A stretch of 56,860 bases of DNA, the filler included, from Platydemus manokwari (lineage: Eukaryota): the NCBI GenBank assembly GCA_037951405.1. It is 5 parts of 5 records of this genome, joined end to end, with 100 filler letters (N's around TTAATTAATTAA, not from the genome) between each part and the next. Parts side by side here need not be neighbours in the genome. Positions count along the whole stretch, not along the records: positions 25,220 to 35,036 come from JBBMOY011200877.1; positions 35,137 to 43,853 come from JBBMOY011335984.1; 3 more parts are not named here. One strand, given 5' to 3'. Positions 28,268 to 41,100 of the stretch are shown here, piece by piece. A model generated the notes under the pieces. The model had not been told where the DNA came from. It did no database searches and saw nothing but the letters and a program-made list of their open reading frames with translations. The position numbers and the translations under genes are program-made. The number at the start of each line of letters is the position of its first letter. The stretch's first letter is position 1.

Positions 28268-29520
28268 AATAGTCATTTCATTTATAATAAAAACGATTAC
28301 ACAATGACCCTTTTATCAAAATAATAAAAACGATTCATAATAGCAAAAATTACACAAATTGTTTTATAATTATTGATGAAGCTGTATTGTCCTCTGCTGG
28401 ACATTCCTCCTCGAGCATGCTTCTCTTTGATCAGTCCATAATCAAGGTTTTGGTAGGGTTATGTGTTATGATATATGTATGTTTTTAATATGTAGGGTTA
28501 TATATGTATGTTCTAATGTGTATGGTGCTAAAATATGTATATACAAAAAATGTTTAGTCCAATTAGTCCAATATATGTGTGTACAAAATGTTTGATCGCT
28601 ATACTGTATGTCAGGGGGTTTGCCCAACAATTTTATAGATTGGAAAATTTGCATTTTAAAATTTAACATTATACGGATCTGTTTGGTGACTATTCTATGC
28701 TATGGATAATATGATATTGAATGTCTAGATCAGTTGAAAAAGTATTTACATTGTTAATATCTTTCGAGAGTTATTGCTTCATTAAACATCTACCAAAACT
28801 ATGGTTCCAAAAAAAACTCTTAACTGATCATATTTTCTAGTAAAAATACAGAAAGGCATTTATTGTAGTCTATAATTGATAAAGTATATTTATTGGACGA
28901 CACAATCCATTTCTAAATGATGAGAAAATTTTCTTAGATATTTATCTTGTGATTTAATGTCCCAGAAATCCTTTTCATAAATCTTCTGGAGTTTAACCAA
29001 TTCAGTTTTTTATATTATTTTGTCATTGTTTGAAGACTTTTATAAATTCGTTAGGATACATTTTATAATATGAAGTTGTACATAACCCAAATCTAGAATT
29101 AGTGCATTTTTCTATTCGACTATAATGATATACCACATTACGATTCATAAGACTTATACTGGCATACTTAGCTTTATCGGATATTTTGACGAAGCTGTAT
29201 TTTACATTTAATATTCGATTTCATATTATTTTCAATATATTTCTCGGTAATTATCTATTGTGCTCATTTATTATCGGTTGCCTTGTGAGCCAATCTCATG
29301 GCGTTTTAAAGGCCACATTCAATATTGGTATTTATTTCACACGAATTTTTAATGGTTTCGTTGGTTTACATAGAAGCTGATTTATTTAATACTTGAAATC
29401 AAGTTTTTCGAAACAAAATTTAAAAGAAATTGTAACAAAATGTTGTTTTTTAACGTATATTTCATATTATATTCGCGCCAGTGCTTGATGTACTATTTGG
29501 AATATATTTTTATGCCAGAT

Positions 29521-29644
29521 AAAGTTTCATTGATTTTCATATTGAGATCATGGTTCAATATTTGATCACCTTGTAACAAAAGAAGGTTTTATTGATTTTC
29601 TTATTGAAATCATGGTTCAATATTCAAATCATTCTTCAACCAAA
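29521..29644. repeat. Two-copy tandem duplication of about 62 bp
   Basis: attgattttc(a/t)tattga(g/a)atcatggttcaatatt occurs at about 29529 and about 29591. Confidence 0.8.
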
Positions 29645-29649
29645 CAGAC

Positions 29650-31400
29650 ATCCACACAAAATGAGAAGTCAATTAATGATTTATTTGAATCACAAATTAA
29701 ACAATCGTGTCGACTGAATCAATCTCTCATCTACCATATTGCTTGGCCAAATGCTGGGCTAAATTAATATTAAAAAAAAATCAAAATCGAAAACTCAATA
29801 AAAAAGCATAACAATAAAAATGATTCCAGCAAACAATCGGTCGCGTATTAATCAAAACCTCCCATCGAATTTATAATTTATTATAATAAAATTTATCCAA
29901 TGTGTAATGCAATACAATTAACCGAAGATGGCTTGAAGATTTATAAAACAAACCGATGTAAGGAACTAAGTGCCCCCTTACTTCGGACGAAAAATTAAAG
30001 AAGATTTTATTTTAAGTAATGCAAATCCTTGCGGCTTTGCAATTTAGTAGCACTTGATTAAAATTTGCAATGAGCATTACTAATTTACAAATTCTTTCGA
30101 CTTTGTAATTCAGCAATGGTGAGAAAAATAATCGAATTTACATCGTGCATAATATTTCAAAAGGATTGAAGAAATAGAGTCATGTGGCACTTGTCCGTTT
30201 ATAGTATACGAAGATATACAGCCTGTTATTGGCGAGATTTTTCACGATGATGTTCCGTTAATCCCTACACTGATGTTCTGTTAATTTCTACAATGATGTT
30301 CCGTGCGCTTTAGGTTCCCCGTAGAGTGCTATTTGTTATCAATGATAATACTCCGATGAGTTGGATGTTCACTGTACAACGCGATGAGAGTTGAAGCAAA
30401 ACGATAGCTACTGATTAAACTGTTGTTTGATGCTGTTGTCATAAAATTATGGGGATTTCCCATTATTTGCATTTGATTTTATATCCATTTTTCCCACTAT
30501 GCTGTGTGGAAGTATACTAAGTTTCGAAAATTTTTTTGTTGTTGTCATAGAGATTCTTATAAATTTTAATATTTAACAGGTGACTTAATGCCTCCAAAAG
30601 CGTTGTCCTGATAACGCATTAATTCACCATGGTGCCGTATTTATGAATTAAATTTAAGAAAGTTAACAATGTGTGGGGTGGGATATGTCGGCTGCTATAA
30701 TCATTGTAATTTATGTATATATTACTGTTAATGATATTGTTCCCAACAGTGATGAAATGATATTAAAGGGTTGCCCCATCTCCATGCTTTTATTCAACAT
30801 AGTCATCAATCCAATCTTGGTACAAATGGACAACTGTCTAATTGGAGGTCAAATAATGACAAATCTTCGAATTTCATGCCTTACCTATTCAAATGTCATA
30901 GCGATTACTCCCTAATAACAAAAATGGACTCCAAATGATGATCAATGAACCATTGGCTCTCGGGTTCCATCTTGGTTTGAAGTTCAAACCCTCAAAATGT
31001 GGGCAGTTACATAATCAATGAGCAAGTAACTCCTGATCTACAATGAGAAAATTCCTACAATCAGTCTAGAAGAGAATTATCGCTACTTAGGAGTGAACTT
31101 CTCTTTGAAGTTACATAATTCAACAGAAGGACTATTCATCGACATGGAAACTCTGAAGAATAAACTGGAAAAATGCATTTTACTACCATGGGAGAAGTTA
31201 AGGGCCTTTGAGTTGTTCTTACACATCAAAGTGACCTTCTACATCGGAAATTACTATGTCACTTATAGTACACTACTGCAGTTTGATGTGATGATAAGAA
31301 AATATCTGAAAAAAATCCTTGGTGTACAGAAATTTTGCTCATCGAATTACCTCTACTCACCAAAATCAAATTGATTTTATGTACTCCTCCACAGAATGTT
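29650..31400 (+). mobile_element. Degenerate NeSL/Utopia-clade (RLE) non-LTR retrotransposon: finger remnant, RT and thumb
   Basis: KGCPISMLLFNIVINPIL (RT domain 4), ISCLTYSNVIAI (decayed YADD), LGLKFKPSKC, ENYRYLGV, ILLPWEKLRAFELFL (compare LLAPWQKL) and SSNYLYSPK. The upstream PMCNAIQLTEDGLKI looks like a C2H2 remnant. The catalytic DD is lost and the element is 3'-truncated. Confidence 0.8.
30248..30304. repeat. 23-bp tandem repeat, about 2.5 copies
   Basis: tgatgttccgttaatccctacac / tgatgttctgttaatttctacaa / tgatgttccgt. Confidence 0.8.
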
Positions 31401-32112
31401 CAAAAGTACAGTAAATCCTATTTAATTAATAATATTAATTAATTAATTGCATATTATTTATTTTTATTAATAATAATTAATAATAATTATTAATATTTTA
31501 TAATTTTTATACCAAACATAGTCTATAATAATAGGACTATATTGCTCATAATTCAATGTTCTATCGACAATAAATGATGTATCAAGAATGGATAGTTATG
31601 TGCATTTTCGAAAATTGAATTTCCATCTTCTTTACATTTGATTCTTCAAATTATATGAGACAGAGGTGAAATAAATTTGGAAACAAATTATCAATGAAAA
31701 CATTGACATTAAATATTCAAAAATAAATTCATGAACTCGGAAATGTTCCAGATGTTATGAATATAATTTTATGAATATAATTTTCTTCCTTAAAAAACTT
31801 GTTATGAAATTCAACAAATTTTAAAAATAGAAAAGAAAGCAATAGATATGAAAAAAAATTTAAAATATATATGAATTATGTAATTTAACTATAATTAATA
31901 CTATCATGTTGGTGTTATGTAATCAGGTTTAATAAAATGCGATAAAGTGATCTCTAAATGAAAATTAAATTATTTATAGCTCAAAACATTAAAAAATTTA
32001 AATAGCCTGATATTTCATTCAAATATTAATACAAATTCAACATTACTTCAACTATAGTTTAAGAGCCATTGTTTAAATCGTTGCATATTATCAATTAGAT
32101 CAAATTTAAATT

Positions 32113-32167
32113 GTAAGTTTGACAAGAATTATTTTGTTGTTCGTTTGTTATTTTTCTATCTTTATAG
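32113..32167 (+). other. Probable 55-nt 5'-UTR intron immediately before the RPS14 start codon
   Basis: GTAAGT donor at 32113 and a T-rich tract ending tttatag|ATG. The length matches the other short introns in this window. Confidence 0.65.
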
Positions 32168-32623
32168 ATGGCATCTAAGAGAAAAAATGTTAAAAAAGTT
32201 GAAGAGCAAGTGTCTCTAGGTCCAAAAGTTACCGAAGGTGAAGACGTATTTGGCATTTGCCATATATTTGCTTCATTTAATGACACATTCGTTCACGTTA
32301 CTGATGTAACAGGAGCTGAAACTATTGTTCGAGTAACCGGGGGTATGAAAGTTAAAGCAGACAGAGATGAAAGTTCACCATATGCAGCCATGTTGGCTGC
32401 TCAAGATGTTGCAGAACGATGTAAGCAACTTGGAATAACAGCGGTTCATGTTCGAGTTCGTGCAACGGGTGGTACAAAATCTCGAACTCCAAGTCCAGCT
32501 GCTCAGTCTGCACTTCGAGCACTAGCCAGAAGTGGAATGAAAATCGGTCGAATTGAGGATGTTACTCCTATTCCTCACGACAGTACAAGACGAAAAGGTG
32601 GAAGAAGAGGTCGAAGATTGTAA
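32168..32623 (+). CDS. RPS14: 40S ribosomal protein S14 (uS11), 151 aa, uninterrupted CDS
   Basis: [45 protein letters not shown] and [25 protein letters not shown]. Confidence 0.98.
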   Translation: MASKRKNVKKVEEQVSLGPKVTEGEDVFGICHIFASFNDTFVHVTDVTGAETIVRVTGGMKVKADRDESSPYAAMLAAQDVAERCKQLGITAVHVRVRATGGTKSRTPSPAAQSALRALARSGMKIGRIEDVTPIPHDSTRRKGGRRGRRL

Positions 32624-32629
32624 TTATTC

Positions 32630-32635
32630 AATAAA
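32630..32635 (+). terminator. Polyadenylation signal AATAAA for RPS14
   Basis: Located 6 nt after the stop codon. Confidence 0.55.
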
Positions 32636-33479
32636 ATTTTGGATGTAGCATCTTTGGTTTATGGTATAAATCTATGAATTCTATGCGAATTGCGGTCAAT
32701 GATAAAGGATATGTTTAAATTAATGATTTTCGCTCTCGGAAGTTGCTGAATCAATTGAGTGCTAATTAATTTTACATTTCCCCCTTGGTTCAAGTTAGTT
32801 TCGGATAGGTAGATTACTTATTGCGATAAATTTTAATGAAATTTGACTATTAAAGTTACAAAATTATAGGTTCGTGGAATTATACGTTTAATACGAAATA
32901 TTAATACAATAGTTATTGTGGACATATTTTCTAATAGTTCAGTAATTTGTTTAAATAGTCTAGATTATTATATTATCGGGGGACGCTGAATATAAAACAA
33001 ATGAATGTTTATACAAATCACTGTATTGTGATAAAGTTATAAACTATTAGTCAGCAAATCGGTATAAACCATTTATCTACATTCTTAAGCGAGAGGGATG
33101 GTGTAATTACCGCAGCAATAGGCACGACCTTCGCAACAATTGGAATTTGTGCTACTTTAAGTTTGAATAATTTGGATTTTTGAATGTTAGTAAACAGCAC
33201 TAAACTTAAGAAAGATTATGCGTGCGATCAATTTTGCACAAATCTTGTGGTTAATGACTATTGGAGCTGAATAAATAAAACTTTCAAGCAGTAATATTTT
33301 CAAAAGAGTGACTAAGCCTACACTCTGTTACCGAGTATTAAGCTACATTAGAAAATGTGGTATATCCCAAAATTTATTCACAAAAAGTATTTGGTAATCG
33401 AACATGTAAAGAAGTTTTTTGGGTATATTTTAAAACAGTAACAAACAACTAAATATTAAAACAAGCAGTCATGTGACTC

Positions 33480-34460
33480 TCCAACAGAATGCAGACCACG
33501 TCTTTAGCCATTCCATCCGACTAAGCTTGATCGAATATGAAAATTGAATATCCAATTGCTGTTCTGACCTGAAACCTTCGTACTGATCCTTTGTTAAGGT
33601 CTGTCCGAACTAATACTTTCTTCCCACTTTTGAATTCTTGGTGTAATCTTTTTCCAATATCCCTTCTAGGCATCTTGTTAGGAACTCATCCAGAATTACT
33701 GCGCACTATTGCTTTCACTGTGTCATTCGGCACATCTTTGTAGCCACTTTCAGAGTGGAGACTGACCTTTCGTTCAAAAGCTACTTCAAAATTAGAGAAT
33801 TTTGTCGAATCTTGATCGAAAATTAAATTCCCGATAGTCTTTAAAATCTGATTTACTCATTACGTGTCTTTTTATAGAAGTAAATGTAATGTCACTAACT
33901 GTACCAATGACTGGTTCTTTATCATGAATTTGCCTTCAAACTATTTACCTTTATCTTTCAAAATATCTTTTCGTTTCTCAAAACGATAAATCCAAGAATT
34001 AAGGATTAATTCAAAAATGGTATTTTCATTCTGTTTAGACAAAGCAGTTAGATTTACAAACGTACTAAACCAGTCTATGATAACAAGTAAGTATCTTTTG
34101 CTATTCTAATGGTTCTACATGTGGCCAATATCAATAAATATTTACTCTATGAATTATGAACTATGTCACTGAAGTAGGACTTCTTTTGTTCTATTTTATC
34201 ATTTTTTTTGCACAGAGCACACATTCTTTTAAAGCTTTCTGTATGGTTTCATAAATGTTAGATCAATAGAAATTGGTTTGTATATATACTAGAATATTTT
34301 CTTACTTCCAAAGTGGCATAGCTTTGTATGCATAAAATTGATGAACTTCTTGGCTAACTTTATTAGGATTATCACATCGGCTTCAATTTCTTTTCCTATT
34401 GCTAGTATACCATCTGTTATTTTTAAATAATTTTCAACTTTCTTCTAAAAGCTTCATGGT
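33480..34460 (-). mobile_element. Gypsy-type integrase remnant (HHCC finger plus core)
   Basis: FMHTKLCHFGSKK...ALKECVLCAKK (HHCC), IFIDIGH, KRYLLVIIDWFSTFV and ILNSWIYRF...DILKDKGK*FEGKF. Multiple stops. Confidence 0.8.
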
Positions 34461-34748
34461 ATAAAATCTATAGAATATAATTGTTGCGGAATTGATAAAA
34501 TCAAAACAATGTATCAATTATTGTGACAGACAATTCAAGCGCAACAATAACTAGTCCAGAACAGTTTTAGTTGAACTGATAACTTTGAAACTTTCATTGA
34601 TATTGATGTATAAGCCGTAGTAATTCTTATTGTAACAATTTTTATATACGCATGAATGTATAAATGTATCGATTTTTATTTTGGTGAATGCAATAATTTT
34701 ATTTTCAAAAGTTGTCAATGAAATGAATATTTTCAAACGATTATTTTT

Positions 34749-34776
34749 AAACCATTATTTTTGCACCAACCTAATA
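34749..34776 (-). mobile_element. Isolated mariner (Hsmar1/cecropia-like) terminal inverted repeat with flanking TA
   Basis: The reverse complement reads TA-TTAGGTTGGTGCAAAAATAATGGTT. No partner TIR was found in the segment. Confidence 0.7.
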
Positions 34777-35036
34777 GTTAAAAACTTCTGGACAAAATTA
34801 ATAATAATAATAAAGAACACGGATAATAGTTTTGAGAAAATCATAATATAATATTTCAAGGATTTAATGGAATAAAACATATTTATAGTTAATAGTTCAC
34901 AATATCAATCTGCAGTAAGAATTTTATTTCATAAACTTAATGTTAAATCCCTTTGGAATAAAATATTGGGTGTATAACCTTAAAATTTCGATTTGATAAA
35001 AGATGTCGCTGGGAGTATTGCTTGCATATAATGTCG

Positions 35037-35136
35037 NNNNNNNNNNNNNNNNNNNNNNNNNNNNNNNNNNNNNNNNNNNNTTAATTAATTAANNNNNNNN
35101 NNNNNNNNNNNNNNNNNNNNNNNNNNNNNNNNNNNN
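35037..35136. other. Artificial contig spacer 3
   Basis: 44N-TTAATTAATTAA-44N. Confidence 0.97.
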
Positions 35137-35147
35137 AAAGTAATTAC

Positions 35148-38100
35148 CTATTAATGGAAAATTTCTTGAAGCAGATGGAGTAGTATCTTGCAACAACAGC
35201 AACATCAAAAAGAAAGCAACAAATATATTCATACCTAAATATATGAAATGCTTTGACCACAAATAAAAAATCAGATTTATAAAATTGTATGCAGCTAAAT
35301 ATACTGTGGCACAAAAGTTTACAGACAGTTCGTAATTTTAGATTACAGTTGGATTATTTCACAAAATACCAATATTATTAGTCAAGCCTTTTCTCTCTCT
35401 GAAATTTAATCCTTACTTTACAATATAAGCTAATCAAACCATGTCATGAAATATGTTAATTAAAAAAATTTAAAGAAAAAAATAATTTCATCCATAATAA
35501 AGTTATTATTTATTTTTCTTATATGAATGTTTTTAAATATAAATTACCACATTGGCTTAAATTAAGACATGGGGTCCTTTGACTACTTTCTCAATAAGGT
35601 AATTTTGTAATTTAATTTTATGGATATTTAAATACTTAATTCTTTATAATTTGATTTTTACTTTGAGATTAAATTTTTTGTGTTTATTGTTCTTTGTATG
35701 TCTTTGAATCTCTCTGTTTCGTGGATTGATAAAGCAATTTGGACGACTTCTCTAAGATCTCAAAGAAAACTTAGAAATGTTAGATTGCCTCACCCACAAT
35801 CAATTAGATATAAAGTAATACTTTTATTTATGCTTTAGAAATTTTGCCTTTATGATAAACACACTTCTCCTTTGGAATGGAAATAAGAAACAAACAGAGC
35901 ATAAACATATTTTATCCAATATTAAATTCTTATTTTTATGACCTTTTTATTGATTTTTGATGTTTAATTTATTCATTGAGATGATGTGATGAAACACATT
36001 TTAAAATGTCGGGTAGAAACATGATGGAATTGTTAAGCAAAAAAGCTACTCTAATCACAAAGCTTTTATATGATTTTTTCATTATTCAAATTTAGTTTTT
36101 TTAAAATATAAATCGATTTAGTAAACTTCTGGCATGTTTAATTATCTTATATTGATTATTTTATACAATGTTGATAAGAATAAACATACAACAAGTTTCA
36201 AATATTAGGTTCTTATATCTTTGACACAATTCATAGTTTTTTTAAAAATAAAGTAGATATTTCATTAATCATGCTGACCCAGAAAGTAGTTTATTAAAGA
36301 AATACCACAAACTTTTAAAACATATTTAATAAAGGTGTTTACTTTAAAAAGTCCCTAATTTCAGAATTACCAGCTCAGAATCTACTTCAGTTTTCATAGC
36401 TAATCTCCTGACGGATGCAGTTACATATACTTTTACAATACGGACACAACATCTTACCATTGAAAACAATAACATTTTGAGAAAACATGACTTCAGAATT
36501 GCTAGCTCAATTAGTGATACTTGATAGAAAACCATTTTCAATATTGTTTCGTATCATATAGGGACACTGAAAGTTAATATTTTATATGTATATTTATTGA
36601 TTTATTTTTAATCTTTTTAAGATGGATTGCTTAAATCGGACCTATGTCGAGTATTTGGTAAACAATTTGTTGCGCACAAGATATTGTTTATTCTTCAATC
36701 ATTTCTTGAAATTTTAGTTTTTATTGCGACTAGTATTATCATATAGGTTTTAATAACTCCATTACATATTTTATCAAAAGAATTTTATTTTCATTTTGAT
36801 ATTAGATAATATTTATATCAATAAGTGAGAGAGTTATAAAATCACATTACTTACCTAATACCATCTTGGCTGGGCTTTCCGGTGGCATCCAAAATAAGAC
36901 CAATGTTAATGATGATAGAAGAAAGCAAGGTAGAATGAGAATATACGTATAAAAAACCGGACTTCTTTTAATTTTAATATAGAAACGAATATCTGGATAT
37001 GGCTCATCACAGCATGGATAACGAATTTCTGTGTGGTTGGCCCATGAAATGATAATTGTCCATTCTGGACTCGGTACGAGACTGCTGAGATCCAAATAGT
37101 TTTCGTTGTTGTAAAATGTTATATTGACTCGAAATCTATAAAAGTCCAATGAATAAATTTTATAATTAATAATGAAATATGAGCTACCCATCATAGGTCC
37201 AAGGTCCAAATTTCAGCCAACACACTTGGATATCGAAAGGAAAGTATTTTATATTGACAAAGCAAGTACTTTTATAAATAGCCATCGGTTGCCATTCGAC
37301 TGTTCCATCGCTGAAAATCTTTGCAGCACAGGGTCTTCGCTCTTCGAGACGTTCATCTGCACTATAGATAATCACATAATTCTGTTGAAATTTAATCAAA
37401 TCATTATTTATATTTTCTACTTTTCTACGTGGCAATATTAAAATCTACGAAAATTTTGCTAATAATCTTCTTATGTGAAAATCGATAAAATTCTTCATTA
37501 ATTGATAAATCCTTAAATACAAACATATAGAATCTTTAATGGACTATTTGATATTGATGAATCTGTAAATGGACTTTAACAATCCATAAATTGATTAAAA
37601 TGACCTATTAGAATACCGGAGCTGAATCTATAATTTAGTCCCGGTATTACCGATAATAGTGTTTGCACAATATGAAAGCATTGAAAGAAAATTTTCTTGA
37701 TAAAGACTTTGGTCGAAATATCACTGAAAGTAAAACATTTAATATAGCAGTGATGACATTTAAATTTCATCATAACTACTTCAATTACGATCATTAATTC
37801 CCTCTATAGTTTACTATTTAATAAAATCTATTATCTTATTTCTAAAATTTTTATGATAAATACTGTTTGAAAATTATTTTCACAAACAATCTATATAAAG
37901 ATATTAATCTAAATTTGCGAGAAATTTTACAATTAGAAATTTTCTAAAACAACTATTTTTACCCAGCTAATTAAAGATGAATATTAAAAAAAATTCTATT
38001 CATTGATTTGAAATCAGTACACATCATCAATTGGAGAAGACATAAATCGAATAATATCAAAAAAATCTTAAATGTTCTCTCCATCGGTTTTTAACAAATT

Positions 38101-41100
38101 ATTAACTGAAAATCTATCCATCAATTGAGTGACATACTAACTATAAAGTAGTTTTAAATTCTAATTTAAAGATGTGCATTTTGAATCGTAGAAGATTCTT
38201 CTGTGTTGGATTTATACTTGTCAAAAAATCATCTTCATGGAATAAGACATCCAAATTAAAAAGCTCTCAAAACACATATTTAAAATAAAATTGAAGAAAT
38301 TAAATATTATTAAATTATAAAAAATAAATTTTATGTTGTTTCTACTAGTTCATTTGTCAATTCTATATTTTATCTTTGAAACAGGAGCTTTTAGTAGTTT
38401 TTTAAAAAAGGGAGCATCTATGGCATTGTATACCACTTATTTTATTCAAGTTAGAGGACCGCTATAAAATCGTAATAATAGATAATAATTTTTTAATTCG
38501 TCTCAATTAATTTTCATATTTTTTATCCACCAAAATTTTTCTTTGCTGAATTTAGTTTTATATCGAAAAGGTCAAAACTGGAGTGGAATCACAATAAATT
38601 TTGCCAGCATTTTTTTATTTGATCAATCTATTTTAAAGTATATTACGATATTATTATTATCCCTCTCTGAGCCTTCAGCCATCTATGAATGAAATAATGA
38701 GTTTTTAGATGCCATTTGTTCATTGGAATATAATCTATGTTACTATTAGTCAAAATGACAGGGAGATCCAATATATATTAATGTATACAAACTGATAAAA
38801 TATTCATGACAAAGAATTGAATAATTCATCTGTATAATGTTGGAATATCAGGTTTGATTGATTTGCAAGTGTAATAACATTAATAAAGTCAATTATTTTT
38901 AGGAAAGAATAACAAAATAGCAGAAAATCTAATAAAATCCTTCAAAGGAAAATATATGTGCTAAAATGCATCTTTAGTTTTTATTTCTAATTTCTCATTT
39001 TAAATTTACGATTGGAATGCGTCACTTCAAGTAAGATAAATTATAGTATAAAATTAGAGATGGTTTGCAGTCTATTGAAAACGTCAAAGAAAATAGAACA
39101 ATTTTATCAATATCAATCTATTTTTACTTTAGTATTTTGGCTGCTACCGGTTCCTGGAACTTATTTCACATTTGTCCTGTAGTTTGTGTAAGAGTATTTC
39201 TAAAAATCAATTTACAGTTCTACAAAGATATACCCATCATGTATGTATTTTGATTTCTTTTTGTTTGGATACGAAAGTCTCAAAATTAAAGGATTAAAAA
39301 GTCTCCAAAAAAATATTAAAATATTTTTTATTTTATTTAATCTGATTATATAAATAAATAAATAAATGATAATGTAAATGACAAAATAACTTTATAGATA
39401 TATCAAATTTTTAGCAATTAAATAACAATGTTTAAAGTGGTAATGTAAAATATCACAAAGTGCAATTCCTCAATTTCGTAAGGTAACTAACTAGCCCTCG
39501 TTTTAAATGTTTGACAGTTTTGCAGCTCCCCAAAAAATCCCACAGTGCAAAATCAGGGAAGCAAGACAATCACTCCAATAAATTTCCTAATAGCAAATGA
39601 ACCAACATTTATGTCTTAATTATCACTATGTGGTCTGCCATTTGGTTTGTGGTAACCATTTTCAGTTGATTTAAATCTCACATTTAAAGAAGAAATTGAC
39701 TAGTATTCGACTGATTTGTCGTAAAAATATTTAAATCCGACAGTATCCTGTCATATAAATTTTTACCAAAGACATCCACTCTTAAGCTGTTTGACGTGGT
39801 GTCATGGCTGAAATTGAATAAAACATTCTAATAAAATAATCAATACTCAAAAGGATTTGAGTTTTTTAAAAGTTAGTAGAATTTATTGCACAACAACAAA
39901 AAGCGTTTTCAAAAATTTCGTTGGCTGCAGATTTTGCTTGATCTAATGGAAAAACTTTATTAGATAATAATGTTTGAATTGAGTGATTTATTTATTTTTT
40001 TATCATATGCAGAATGGCGAAGAAAAATTATCCAGATAAAGTGTGATGATATTATAAAGGCAAATTCTAAAGAAATACGTTTTGAAGATTCTGTTGCTCG
40101 TTCTATAAATATAAATGCAATCTATCCACAAATTAAATTTGTATCATGCGAAAACTTAAAATTTTTTACTGATTTTCTCAACCCTACAACAGGAACGAGA
40201 TAACAAACAATTCTCATTTATTGGGGAAAAACATTATTATGCCATGTGTTCGGTGTTATTTAATTAACGATATTAAATGAGGCGAAACTTCCATTTTCTC
40301 TTATCTTTCATCTAAAGATTTGAATCGGTAATTTAAAATCATTAAATAAAACATTTATCCTTAGCTATTATTTTATAGGAAAGAGTACTAATAGAATGAG
40401 ATTATGGTTATCGATCATTTGGTTTTGATCACTTATTTATCTTTATAAACAACAGTTAATTTTTGTATGAGTTTCTCTGGAAATTTTGACCTTCATTAAT
40501 TTTACATTACAATGTTTATCGAAACTTTTCAGATACATATTAATTGAAAAAAATATATTTGTCAGTCTATTAATATTCATAGAATTCTTTTCATATTTAC
40601 AATTTTTTTTAAATAGAATTTCGGCGCCAAACAAAAATATATAATTTATATAAATTTATTCCCATACAACTACATTATTTTTGATTTTACCTTTTAAAAT
40701 TTCCTTAATATAACATTCTCTCTCAAATTTTGTATTCGATAACTCATTATTTATTACTTAAACGTGTTGAGCTTTCTACTACTGTACTTGTGAGGTCGCA
40801 GAAGTATTGTAAAGCAATTATGGCTTGCATATAGAAGAATTAGTTGTTGTTATAGCAATCAGAAGATGTTTCTGGGTTGGTATTTCTTCCGAAAGAAGTA
40901 TCGATACCGTGTCTTAATTTATAAACTATTAGCAGTTGTCAAATATAATTTGAATCGAGTTACAATAATTTGAGCACATCAAGTATAATAATAAATGCAT
41001 ACACCGTAATCAGAAGTATTTTTAGATTAATTTAGGGTGAATCTGTATGATTGTAAGGAATCAGGTGATCTTAAGCAGTTCTACGCGTAACAGCATGAAC

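Noticed and set aside
32695-32760. Box C/D snoRNA downstream of RPS14 (ATGATAA...CTGA)
   Set aside because: The C box is imperfect, the C-to-D distance is only about 50 nt, there is no adjacent terminal stem, and I recognise no rRNA guide.
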